DNA of 64,000 nucleotides from Eledone cirrhosa (lineage: Eukaryota): the NCBI GenBank assembly GCA_964016885.1, contig OZ024746.1, positions 68,634,001-68,698,000 on the forward strand, written 5' to 3'. This document shows positions 25,751 through 38,049 of this stretch, one piece after another. The notes below the pieces were generated by a model. The model was not told where the DNA came from. It ran no database searches and was given only the letters and a program-made list of their open reading frames with translations. The position numbers and the translations under genes are program-made. Within the stretch, counting starts at the first letter, position 1, and every line of letters begins with the position of its first letter.

Positions 25751-27604
25751 TTCCCTGAAAATGTATTATATAATAAGATTGAACATAAATTATATTTTCC
25801 TTGTGTGTGCTGTTTTAATTATCAACTTTCCTGTCATTTTCAACTCATATATTCTTATCTTATAGTAATAATCATAATATAGTAGTAATCATAATGTTGG
25901 CTCCTGGTTATTGCTGGTTTAGAATCTAAGATACATTTGTTTTCCAGCTTCCACCATGACAACAACTAATACCTTACATTTTTACCTAGAAATGACCAGC
26001 TCTGGTATTCAGCTTAACATTTTATACTTCCTATCTCATTCATCAACATTTATTTTGATCTTAACCGAAAAGGAATCTTTTCTTGGAATTTCTGTAGTTT
26101 TGTTAATGCAAATGTCAACAGCACTTGTTGAGGAAACAAAACAAAATTCAAAAACCCAGAATAATCCATCTGATTTCTTTAAACTAATCAATTTATTTAA
26201 TCTAGTTGAGTTATTTCAAAGAGTGACATTCAAAGCAGGCACACACACCAAAAAAATTGTTGTTTTAGAGAAAACAAAAACTATAACATTAGGATAAATC
26301 AACTGAACAAAACATTTTGTGAGCCAAGACAAAACTTTCATAGCAAATTCTAATTTCAATAACTTTTTATAAAATATTTTGAAAATATGTTGTTTCCCAT
26401 TAAATATCACACCAAGTCAAGCCTCAGGTTCTATTGTAGTAAAGAACATGTAACGATATACAGCAGAAAAGATTCAGACAAACAGCATGACATTCACTTT
26501 AATAGATATTGGTAGTTTTCTTTGTTGTTGAATGTTTTAGATAATATAGAACTGTGATAAATAGAGAGACAATGAAAAAAGATGGACATGTGGTGATGTG
26601 GAATATTACGGCAATTAGCTAAAATGGATCTCCACCAGTTTCAACGATGAGTATTCCAGTTGTTTGGCCTACTATTTAAACTAAGGCAGTGAATTAGCAG
26701 AGTTATTAGAACATTTGAAGAGAATGCTTTGCATCATACGTTTGCGATCTATGTGTTCAAATCACATAAAATTTACCTTTCATCTTTTCAAGTTCAATAA
26801 AAGAAAAAGTACCAATCCAGTACTTAGGTTGGTTCTTTCTCTATAACTCTTTCTAATGTGTAATTTGCTAACTATTCTCCAGACACATGACCCTTTAATG
26901 TGATTCTCTGGGACATTTCTCATGACACAGTGTCTGTGACAAGTCTGACCCTTTGAATTAGAGGGAGTCCATCTAATATGCTTCAAAAAAAATTTCCATG
27001 TAACCAATTTCCTCCACAAGATTTGTTTCAGCTCAACACTATGGGATAAAAGACACTTGCCCAAGATGCCATACTATGGAACTGAACTCAAAACCCCATA
27101 ATTATGAAGCAAATGTCTAAACCATTTTTTTTTATTTTACTATATATATATGTATCATTTTATTTTTAATATACTATTATATCATATCTACCACCACTCC
27201 CCACTGGCCCCTTAGACCATTCCCCTCCCCCCAAACAAACCCCCGTCTCAATGCCCCCTGGGGGGGGGGGGGGGGGCAGTAGCACCCACTTTGAGAACCT
27301 CTGGGCTAGTGAATAAAAATTGACACATGCTCCTTATCTCATACACACACTAGCAAATTCAGGTATACTCTGTCAAACTCATGCACACACACACACATTG
27401 ATACTAATATTCATACAGAAATTTCAAAGTAGATGTGACTATGCTTGGTATTAAAACTATAGATAAAGATCAATATCTAATCAGCAATATATGATGGCTT
27501 AGCTAACATTTAGTTCCTAAGTCATGTTCATCCTCTGATAATAATTAGATAAATGGAACTAACTATTCATTATCTAAAATGGCATCTAGTTTAAACCACT
27601 TGAG

Positions 27605-28430
27605 AATGATGATGATAATGGTGATGGTGGTGGTGATGGTGGTGGTGGTAGTGATGGTGGTAGTGATGGTGGGAGTATTGGTGGTTGGGGGATGATGATC
27701 ATGATGATGATGATTGTTGCCATCAACACTAACACCAAATACTACCACCATCATCAGCATCATCATTATCATTATCATTAATATCGCTGACAGAATCATC
27801 ATATCATAGTCATTATTTTCATCATCATCATCATCAATGCCAAGATCATCATCACTAACAAAAGCCATCATCATCATCACCATCATCTTCATCATCATTA
27901 TTGACATCAAAGTCATCATTAATAGCAGGCTGATCATCATCATCATCAAAGTAGTTATAACCAGCACCATGCTCCTCCTCCTCATCATCATCATCAATGC
28001 CAACCTACTCATCATCATCATCATCATCAACAACATCAATATCAATGCCAACCTACTCATCATCATCATCATCATCAACAACATCAATATCAATGCCAGC
28101 CTACTCATCATCATAATATCCATGCCAACCTCCTCTTCATCATCATCATCATCAATATCAAAGTAATCATAACCAGCTCCATCTTCATCATCGTTGTCGT
28201 CATCATCATCATCAATGCCAATCTCATCATCATCATCATCATCAATATCACCATCACTATCACCATCATCATCATCAATATCATCATCACTATCACCATC
28301 ATCATCATCATCAATATCATCATCACTATCACCATCATCCTCATCAATATATCAATATCATCACCCTGACCATCCCATCAGCCTCATCAATATTAAAGCA
28401 ATCATCATCGTCATCAGTATCATCATCATT
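27605..28430. repeat. Degenerate (GAT/GGT)n then (ATC)n trinucleotide low-complexity region
   Basis: Direct reading. Source of the poly-M/I/S ORFs. Confidence 0.92.
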
Positions 28431-29233
28431 ACGCACACATATGTTCTAAGATATTATATTATAGACTAAAAACGACAATTTCATTCATTAAACAATAATA
28501 ATTATAATAATAGTAGTACACATACTAAACAGTATTTTCTCCAACCTAACTAATTATGTATGTTGGCCTACTTTATATAGAGCCAGGGGGGGTGTATATT
28601 ATTATAGGAGAAGGTTCAAAGAAATATGATTATTAATTAGTTGATTCTCTAATTATACAATATAATATACTATTACAACATTAATATCTGTAGGGTTTCA
28701 TAATAAATGAGCTTCCAACATCCCCACAGCCAATATTCCATTAGGAAGAGCAATGGCTCAGACAGTATGTGCAGTATTTTAAAATCTAATTCTTATATGA
28801 TTCACAAACAATCTAATTCAATGGTTTACAATATATGCAAAGGATAAAAGACTTAATTATTAAAGGGCTAATTAATAATAAAGGTGATAGACTGTCAGAA
28901 TTGTTAAAGGATCAGACATCAGACAAAATGCCATTGTGATATTTATTCTGCCTCTTTATATTCTGAGTTCAAATTCTGCCACAATTAACTCTATGTTTCC
29001 TCTTTCCTAACCCAGTAAAATAAAGTACCAGTCATTCGCAGAGGTTGGCATACCATATATATTTGAATATAAGCCAAGGAATATGTGACCAATGGGGGAG
29101 GGTCGGTTTATGAATGACATATAACCAATATGTTGATTAGCTGCCTCGGTTTATAAATGGGGTTTGGAATTTTTGCTTAATTCTCAGATATAAAATAGTG
29201 GTTGTTGGTCAGCTTATTTACGAATGTATACAG

Positions 29234-29986
29234 CAGGGGTGTGCAACATATTCCATTGGCGGGGCACTTTGGAACATTGGAACAACTAATGGTCATTAAG
29301 GGCCATTAATCTAAACTATAATAAAGTAAGAAGCGCAGGATTGCATACGGTTTATAATTTTTTATCCCCTTAGTAAAATAAGTTGGATTACTTTGAATAA
29401 ATAATGAATGAATATTACATAATTTATCTACTAAATTTCGTGGCTGTTCATTAAATATATTTTATTATTTATTTAAAGATTCACTTCTTTAAAATTTTCA
29501 AATGTCAACACTTCCAGTGGCGATCACTTAAATAAATATTCATATATTTCCGTCACTAATTTTCTCCTAATGCAGTTTATATATAATATCGTCTTTTTTA
29601 ATGTATCATGGATTACGTTACTGATTAAATAAAACAGTGTAATACAGTCTTCGTTCAATTTCTGTGTATATTGTCAATTACGATTTTATTTGATGTATCA
29701 TATCTACATGCATATATACTTGCGTAAAATATCAATATACACACTACACATACTAGCAGAAAACCACCATTCCAAAGATTCACCACAACTTCATAGAAAT
29801 GGAAAATTATAACACACATAACCCTATCAGTGAAGCCCTTTAGTAGAGGTCAACTAACAGAAAATTGTATTACAGTTACCAAAAAAATTCTAAATAAGCC
29901 TACAAGGTGAAAATTAAAAAACGGCCACTCTGACCGATCTGGCAAGCCGGATTGTGGCCCGCGGGCCACCTGTGTGCACGCCCCTG
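29234..29986. mobile_element. Non-autonomous hAT (Buster/Charlie-type) transposon with perfect 8-bp TSD
   Basis: TIRs CAGGGGTGTGCA / TGCACGCCCCTG, subterminal GGCCCGCGGGCC, TSD GTATACAG at 29226-29233 and 29987-29994. Confidence 0.92.
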
Positions 29987-30069
29987 GTATACAGAAATCC
30001 ACTAACACCTTTCCACCAAATTTTTAGTCTTGCACCTATATATAAAAAATTATTATTAATGGGTTGATA

Positions 30070-30289
30070 AGGGTGGTGGATTGGCAGTATTGGTAGAGCA
30101 TCAGACATGTTTTGTAGCATATAGTTACGGTCCTTTATGTTCTCAGTTCAAATCCTACCAAGGTTAGCTTTGCATTTCACCTTTACATGGTCAATAAAAT
30201 AGAATACCAGTAACACATTAGGGTCAATTTAATCAACTTCGCTTCAACAAATGTTGACCTTGTGCCTAAATCAGAAAACCATCATTAAT
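30070..30289 (+). mobile_element. SINE family A (long variant)
   Basis: GGTGGTGGATTGGCAGTATTGGTAGAGC head through GACCTTGTGCCTAAATCAGAAA. Confidence 0.88.
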
Positions 30290-31024
30290 CATCATCATCA
30301 TCATCAACGTTTAACGTCCGTGTTCCACGCTTGCATGGGTTTGGACGGGGTTTTTCCCACTTGAGGCAAGAGTGATTGTCTTGCTCGCATAGGACTGTCT
30401 GGCAGGTTTTCTACAGTTGGATGCCCTTCCTAACACCAACCACATTTACAGTGTGGGTCTGGGAGGTTTTTACTGTGTTGCCTACACGGCCACATTACAG
30501 CGTGGACTGTGTGTTTTTTTGTCGTGACACCTACACGATCTCATTTGTTTCGGCCTGGATGGTGTGGCACCAACATAACTTTACATAGAAGGGGACGGTG
30601 TGGATGGGGTGGGGGTGGTGGAACGGGGGTGTATTTTGTTAGAGATGCCTACTGACTGTAGTAGGTTTTACTTTGTATTTAGGTAAGGCGGGTCTTCTCT
30701 ATTACTGAGTACCACCAAAGGTCTCGGTCCAGTGACATTGTCTTGGTGAGGTAAGTGTGTGAGGTCGGAGTTTATCAGCTCGTCCCAGGTTTTTCTGGGT
30801 CTGCCTATTCCGTGGCTACCGTCTATCTTTATTGCCCTGCACTTTGTTATACAGCTATCGTCCTTCATGCGCATCACGTGACCATACCAACGTAGCCTTC
30901 TCTCTAGTAAACAACATCTGATCCCTCTTATTTCTAATTTTTTTTTCCTTAGTTCGTTTATGCTTTGTCGTTCACGTATATTACTATTACACATCCAGCG
31001 GAGCATGCAAGCTTCGTTTCTCTC
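30290..31024 (-). mobile_element. 5'-truncated RTE-clade LINE (RT C-terminus, 3' UTR, (TGA)n tail)
   Basis: ERNEACMLRWMC...ERRLRWYGHVMRM...GRPRKTW, typical RTE C-terminal motifs. Confidence 0.93.
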
Positions 31025-31226
31025 ATAAAATAATAATTGTTTCTACTTTTGGCACAAGGCCAGCAATTTCCCAGTGTATTACTGGTACTTTATTTTATCG
31101 ACCCCGTAAGGATGAAAGGCAAAGTTAACCTCGGCGGGATTTGAACTCAGAATTGCAAGGGCCGTAACTCTGTGCGTCAAAGCATGGCGTCCGACCCTCT
31201 ACCGATACTGCCAATTCACTAAACCT
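31025..31226 (-). mobile_element. Full-length SINE family A (short variant) fused 5' of the RTE fragment
   Basis: CpG-rich copy closely matching the other short-variant copies; its tail abuts the RTE 5' truncation point. Confidence 0.9.
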
Positions 31227-31287
31227 CAAATGTTGACCTTGTGCCTAAATCAGAAAACCATCATTAATATAAAATAATAATATAATG

Positions 31288-31625
31288 AAATTATTGTGTA
31301 CAGTGTTCAGGTGCACTACAAAGGTGCATGTATAATACATAGAATAATGTACAAATGTCAGGAAAGTGAACAGTGTATGAGTCATGATATACATGTGTGT
31401 GTGTGTATGGAGGGGGAATATCAGGTGTAGTGTTGGCAAATTTCAGGAAGCATGGAGGTTTTAAAAGATACAATGGCTCGGCAGCTAATAACTTATGCAG
31501 GTAGTTTCTTCCATGCTTGAGCAACTCTGAGTGTGAAAAAATGTTTCAGAAAGTCATGGGAGCTGTGTTGTTTCCTGACTAAATGTTTCCGAAAGTCATG
31601 GAAGCTGTACTGTTTTCTGACTATG
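31288..31625 (-). mobile_element. CR1-clade LINE 3' end
   Basis: Minus frame HSSHDFLKHFFTLRVAQAWKKLPA*VISCRAIVSFK matches the CR1 C-terminal FF..RV...WN.LP..V.......FK motif. Confidence 0.8.
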
Positions 31626-31741
31626 TTGACAAGTATCAGGATGAGCCAATGAGAGAGTCTCAATATGGCTGTTCAACTTGCTAGAAATAGCAGTCAAGTT
31701 TTCCTAAAGCAACACATTTCTTTAAAATGGACACATTAGAT

Positions 31742-32036
31742 CAAGGGTTTCAAATATACTACCTGCAAACTACATTTCTGTATGACCAATGGCAAAACAA
31801 TTTTCATGACTAATTAAGGAAAATGTGTCCCCTTACATTTTGTACTAACTCACATTTGCCTCTTACTATCATATATGTATTTATAATGAAAAAAAAAATA
31901 AATAAATATCAGCCTATCAGTTGTATTGCAGATTAGCATTATAACTGGTGGAAATCACCCTGTCCCAACTTAATCTTGCTGTGCCTTTCCCCCAGGACGT
32001 AATAGCCTTTTGGGGTCCTTGAGTTTGAGACCCCTG
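31742..32036. mobile_element. Old hAT MITE
   Basis: CAAGGGTTTCAAA / TTTGAGACCCCTG termini. Flanks CATTAGAT and GTTTAGAT match 6 of 8. Confidence 0.7.
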
Positions 32037-32206
32037 GTTTAGATAATTTAGTCTCAGTACACAAAAGATGGTCATGGCTTGAATGTCTTCAATCATAAGA
32101 GATGCTTGAGTTGGCCCAACTTGCAATTAAAAAAACAATTACAGCCATTAATTGTCATCAAATCCCAGCATGCTGTGTTTATATGTCCTCACATAATATT
32201 TCTTAA

Positions 32207-32427
32207 CCCTTTAGCATTTAAACCGGCCATACCCAGCCAGAATTCTCTCACCTCTGTCTGTTCAAACCAGTGGTAACCAGCCACTCATACTGATGTTAAG
32301 GTATTGTTCACAAAATAAATAATATCAAAATTTTATAGATTCGATTTTATGTGAGATAATTATGTCAGATAAAGTGTTTACCATGAAAATATAATAATAA
32401 ATATTGAGTAATGTAAATGCTAAAGGG
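32207..32427. mobile_element. piggyBac-type MITE, family 1
   Basis: TTAA|CCCTTTAGCATTTA ... TAAATGCTAAAGGG|TTAA. Confidence 0.88.
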
Positions 32428-33279
32428 TTAAATATTTCTTTCAATGCTTTGGAAGAAATTAAGTCACTATGGCATAGCATTTTGGCAGCAATCTTAATGG
32501 AGGAGAGAACAACAAAATCCTATATATATTTTAATAGTATGTTGCTGCTAGCTGTGTCTGATCATTGCAAAAGGCCATAGAAAAATTAATTTGAAGGAAA
32601 TCATCGTCATCATTTTCACATCCACTTTTCCATGCCTGCATGGTTAGAATGAGACTCTTTTCTATTTCTATTTCCTGAAAAATATCTCATGGATATTATG
32701 ACATTTAGTTGGAAAAATGGATCATTATCAAAATAAATCATTATTGCTTGGTTTGCTTTCGTGTCCTTACAAATACTTGGTTGATGTTTAGAGCGATAAA
32801 TCTTACTGTTTGATCTTCCAATTCAAGATCACAAAGTGTATCATTATTTGATCAAAGCATTAAAGACTCACTCAGTGAAATCATTCAGAGCTTTGTATAA
32901 TCATTAAAAGAACAGATTATTTTATGTTCACATGATAGCAATCAAGCTATTAAACATCAAATATTGCAAGATTCATGATAATATAAGGATGGGTGGCTTG
33001 AAATAAACAATGTTTAGAAAATGATATGATAGTATTCATTTCAGAACAGTTATCACTGAAGAAACATGTGGATTGTTTCCCATTTAGTTTTAATTAGAAA
33101 AATCATTTTACTAAGTTGACTACTTAATACTTTGAACTTTGAACTCCTGTCATGTGTGTGATCCTCAACCCTAAGCATCCAAATGGAAATCACTGAAAAA
33201 ATTATATTCATCATTTATGCATGAAAAAATATATGAACATGACAAAAACCATGACAATGCCTTACCAAGGAACTCAGGT

Positions 33280-33452
33280 TTACTGATACCAGAATACCAG
33301 ATTGGTGAGATATAGTTAGATATTACTGGCACCAGAATACCAGACTGGTGGGATATAGTCAAACATTACTGGTACCATAATAACAGAATGGTGGGATATA
33401 ACTAGATACCATTGGTACCAAAATACCAGGCTGGCAGGATATAGTCAGATAT
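33280..33452. repeat. Diverged ~43-bp tandem repeat (about 4 units)
   Basis: ACTGG.ACCAGAATACCAG..TGGTGGGATATAGT-like unit repeated. Confidence 0.75.
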
Positions 33453-34129
33453 CAATATTTATGCAATGTGAAAACAATTTTAGTTAATAGGTAATATTAT
33501 TTTCATTTTTTTACAGCAAGTGTAAGAGAAAAAGTTCAGACTCCTGATAAGGTCATAAAACAGTCCAAGGTTATCTCCCATACTTTCCACTAGACATATT
33601 TATTAAAGACATATTTATCAATGACAAACATTATTTTTTTTTGTTTTTTTATCACAGCATAATTATTTCTAGTTAACTTTTTTAATGCTCTCTGCATTAA
33701 ATATTCTAACACTGACTTGTTTTTCAAGAGATTACATGGTGTTTGTCATTCTTTGTCTGGTTTCACTGCCTTCAAAGGTTTGAGTCAATATGATTGATTC
33801 TAGTTGATATTTTGGTCTAGTAGCTATTTTATCAATCCATATTTATCAAACTGCTAAGTTATGTATTTGACATAGAGGGATGTAATTAAAAATCAGTTTA
33901 TACCAGTAAACATAACCACAAGCACACATGTCTGTGCATACACACACACGTGCGCGCAGCAGGCTTCTGCACAGTTTCTGTCTATAAAGCTCAGCTTATA
34001 AGGCATTGGTCAACCAAAGACTTCAGAAGAAGATAATTGCTCAAAGTGCCACATATTCGGATCAAACCCAGAATCATTTTACTGCAAAACAAACCCCTTA
34101 AAAGTTTTTGTTAAAACAAAACAACTTTA

Positions 34130-34398
34130 ACCCTTTTGATACTAAACTATCTCAAACTGCTTCTGTTCTTTGTTTTGTTTTTTTTATACAAAGCTACTCA
34201 TTAATGTGTTTGTATTTTAATTAAGATCTTCTATCATAATTATATGTCGGAACATTTTGTTAAGTTCCTTTTAAGTTTGAAACAATAGCTTCACAGTGAC
34301 TCATATATTTTACTAAACCATTCCAAGTTCTTGATTATTTTCCAAATTAATTAAAACAAAGAAGCAGTGTTTCATTCGAGATATGGTAATGAAAGGGT
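34130..34398. mobile_element. piggyBac-type MITE, family 2 (old)
   Basis: TTAACCCTTTTGATAC ... GGTAATGAAAGGGTTGA. Related copy at about 59232-59490. Confidence 0.65.
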
Positions 34399-34969
34399 TG
34401 ATCAATTGCAGGAAAGTCAGTTGAAAATAAAATATCTACTTCTAAAGATATCTTTTGATGAGTAAATCTTCATTGTTTTTCTCAAGTATTGATATATCTC
34501 ATAATCTTGAATTAAGTGAATAAACAAAGTATATATTATCACTTCAAATATAAATAGATGTGCTAAGGCATTAACATAAATCAAACAATCATATTTTGTT
34601 CAACATTTCTTCAGCTAAAATCTGATAATATTGATGAAAGATTAGTTCTGAAAGAATTGAATTTCCACAATCTTTTACATCAATTGCCGCTGGTATACAT
34701 TATAAAGTAGTGATAACATATCTGTTGTTTTTTGTGGTTTATTTTATTTATTTATTCTGTCAAATGCACTTAATATGATAAAATGCACCTGGTACACTCT
34801 TCATCCAGTGAAATGTGGTTCTCTGAGCAATCTAGGAGAGCAATAACTCCAAATAAAAATTAACTCTGACCATGTAGGCCTAGGAAAGCAAACAAAATGA
34901 TGCTGATTATGTTTTAAAAAGTATACCAGCTATAAACACACTAAAAACAATGATGGTCGTTATATATCT

Positions 34970-35183
34970 ATGGTAGACTGGCACTATCGATAGAGCATCA
35001 GACAATATGCTTTGTGGCATTGAGTTATGGCCCTATATGTTATGAGTTCAAATCCTGCCAAGGTTGCTTCGCCTTTTATCCTTACAGGAGTCAATAAAAT
35101 AAAATACCAGTAATGCACTAGTGTTAATTTAATCGATTTCCCCTCCCCCAAAAATTGGCCTTGTACCTAAATCAGAAACCATT
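34970..35183 (+). mobile_element. SINE family A (long variant)
   Basis: Head, GAGTTCAAATCC box B, core and 3' end all recognisable. Confidence 0.85.
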
Positions 35184-36229
35184 ATATATCTGCTAAATAA
35201 AACAAGGTAAATGCTGCTCAAAATATTTAATATTTCTTCTTAAACTATACTAATATCATTTTGTTGGAACATATTTCTGAACTGATTTTTATAGAAGCAT
35301 GTCACCACTAGCATCTTCAATTTATTATGATTATCCTTACAATAATAAAACTAATCACAGCATGACCAATCTATTGTGAGTAGAATTTGATAGACAGAAC
35401 CACTTTTCCAATTCTATTAAATATCTTTCATTTATTCTTTTTTTTTTTTACTTTTTCTATTGTTTCTATTTCTTTCCATTTTTTTTTTTTTGTTGTTCCT
35501 TATTATTTTCTCTGAGAAACATTAAAGATATATATTTATTTCATTTTTCATCTCAATGTTAAACTAATAACATTCATGATACTGTCTATTATTTAATATA
35601 TTATTTTCTGAATATTGTTGACCTTGTTTATGTGTGTGTGTGCATGTATGTGTGTAAGCAGGTGAAAACTGGTGTGGTGACCAGTTAACTTGGCCATTCA
35701 ATAAATAGAAATCAATAAAATAAGTACCAAGTACCAAACAGAAATACTGAGATCATTAGAAAACAAGCTACTAGACACCAACCAAAACAAAACAAAAGAA
35801 ATGGGGAAACATTGTTAATAAATGAAAGTAGACAACTTAAAATTGAGCATTATAAAAAGACTGGAAAGACATTCCTTATAACAGGGTGCTGTTTCCTTGA
35901 ATTTGTTTTTTATTGTAACTTTGCTTGGTGAATCAGATTTGATTGTGGGTGTTTGTAGCTTTTAATGAATTGTGCTGTTTGTATTTAAGCAAAACAAAAG
36001 AATTAGATTCTTGGTAATTGTTTCTCAAAATAACAAGTATGATTAACTAAAACTTTTAAAGATGGTGTCACAGTATGGCCATAGACCAATGTCTAAAATC
36101 AATAAAAGAATACACACACACAAATGCATATATATATATATATATATAATGGAAAATTTGAACAGGAACAAAACAGAGAGGCAGTACAACGAATGTTTAT
36201 TAATTTCACGCTCTGGAGAGTGGGGTGGT

Positions 36230-36349
36230 AATAACAGATTGAAGTTTAAGCAAAGAATCGCTGCTTTCACTCTTAACGGGACCTTCTGAAACTAAGATCC
36301 CGTTAAGGGTGAAAGCAGTGATTCTTTGCTTAAACTTTAATCTGTTATT
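36230..36349. repeat. 56-bp inverted repeat with 8-nt loop, formed by a dispersed repeat module
   Basis: Arms 36230-36285 and 36294-36349, 4 mismatches. The same module occurs singly at 16389, 16878 and 43458. Confidence 0.9.
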
Positions 36350-37468
36350 TTAATAAATATTTGCTCTACGGTTCTTATATATTTGATATATTTATCCTTA
36401 TCGAGCCCTCTTTGGATTTTAGTCTTCAAATTTATTATTATTACTATTATTATTATTACTATTATATATATATATATACATTTCTCTTGCTCACTACCCA
36501 GCTCTCATCTTCTCCACTCCCATCAAGGACAATACAACAAACACCCTAGAGTTGATAACTGGTAGTGCTGGTTCCCACAATAAAAAGCACCTAGTCCACC
36601 TTGTTAGGTCACAGCGGCAGTATTAAGATAAAACACAATTAGTATACACTGTAAAGTTGTTGGTGTTGGTGTTAGGAAGGGCATACAGCCATAGAAGCTA
36701 TGCCTGAATAGAATGTATGAGCACGGCACAGTCATCTGACCTGTCTAGCCACACAATGTGACAAACTATCTAACTCATGCAAGTATAGAAAATATACATG
36801 AAAAGGTGATGATATGATGAGGATGATATACATTTTGATGTTCTTACTTTCGTATATTCTATTTCTTCTTCCATCTTTCATTCTATCTTCTGATGAAGGA
36901 CTAACATCTGAAACACTGATACTCTTTTCCTACTATATCAAGCATTAAACTAATATATATCATCATTGTACTGTATTGTTCTTTACTGTTGTTTTTCCTT
37001 ATTGACTTTTCACACACACACACACATACATACACACATATATACATCAAGTCTAACAGTAAATTAAAGTGTTATTTAAATACTACATTACAAAATAGAA
37101 TTAATTGCAATAGTTCCATTGATAATATTCAGTGGAGGTGTCTACAATCAGGGGGAATGTCTAGATTTTAAAAATAAAATTGGTTAGAGTGAGACAAAAA
37201 CAAGAAAATATAAGAAAATATAACTCTAAGAGAGGCAATAGAAAAAGAAACTAAAAATAAAAATATTTAAATGTCAGCTGTAGTATTCTGCTTGAAGAAT
37301 GTATTATCTTTACTAAATGAATTTGCTATATTTAATTGTTAAACTGTGAAACTGATATATCATTCTCACTTCCAACTGTCTCAAAGACAATTGTGACAGT
37401 CATAAGTAACAATCTCATTTATCATCTGGAGTTATATTCTCATTAACCATGTGTACAATTCCGTAATA

Positions 37469-37710
37469 GAGTGACATCTGTCAGTGATCTGTATTCTTGA
37501 TTCAGAGTCACAGACAAATTAACTATCTCTGTAGGATCCCAGTGATCTGTATTCTTGAGTCACAGACCAGTTAACCATCTGTGTAGGATCCCATGGAGTG
37601 ACATCTGTCAGTGATCTGTATTATTGAATCACAGACCAATTAACCATCTGTGTAGGATCTCATAGAATGATATCTGTCAGTGATCTGTATTCTTGAGTCA
37701 CAGACAAATA
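37469..37710. repeat. Diverged tandem repeat (4 units, about 60-70 bp)
   Basis: CAGTGATCTGTATT.TTGA.TCACAGAC.A repeated. Confidence 0.85.
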
Positions 37711-38049
37711 GTTTCTTGAACTTAAGACTTCAAGTGCAATCAATACTGTTGCTCTTAACACAAGGACAGTCTTTGGCTATGTCTGATATGAGAACCTCCA
37801 AGCTATATTCCTTGGAAATCACCAAGACAGGAGAACCGCCAAGTTAAGTTGCTTGCCATTGTCTCTCTTTTCTTTGATCAGAAGTTTCTTATCAGACTTA
37901 TAAATTTATAAGTACGACTTTAAGTATAGTAGATGCCTCACAGTAGGATCAAACTCAAAAGGATGTGGTTGCACAGTGAACTATTTAACCACACAGCCAA
38001 GCATGTACACACACACATACATAGGAATGAAATATATTTTATAATGAAC

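Noticed and set aside
27563-28469. Poly-Met/Ile/Ser ORFs
   Set aside because: (ATC)n low complexity.
28694-28764. Plus-strand AG...GT segment resembling an exon
   Set aside because: Stop codons in all three frames.
33130-33192. Possible minus-strand exon after a TTTTTTCAG acceptor
   Set aside because: Only weak donors, phases do not fit, and the peptide is uninformative.
33518-33593. Strong plus-strand acceptor with a short open frame
   Set aside because: Weak donor, early stop and no partner exons.
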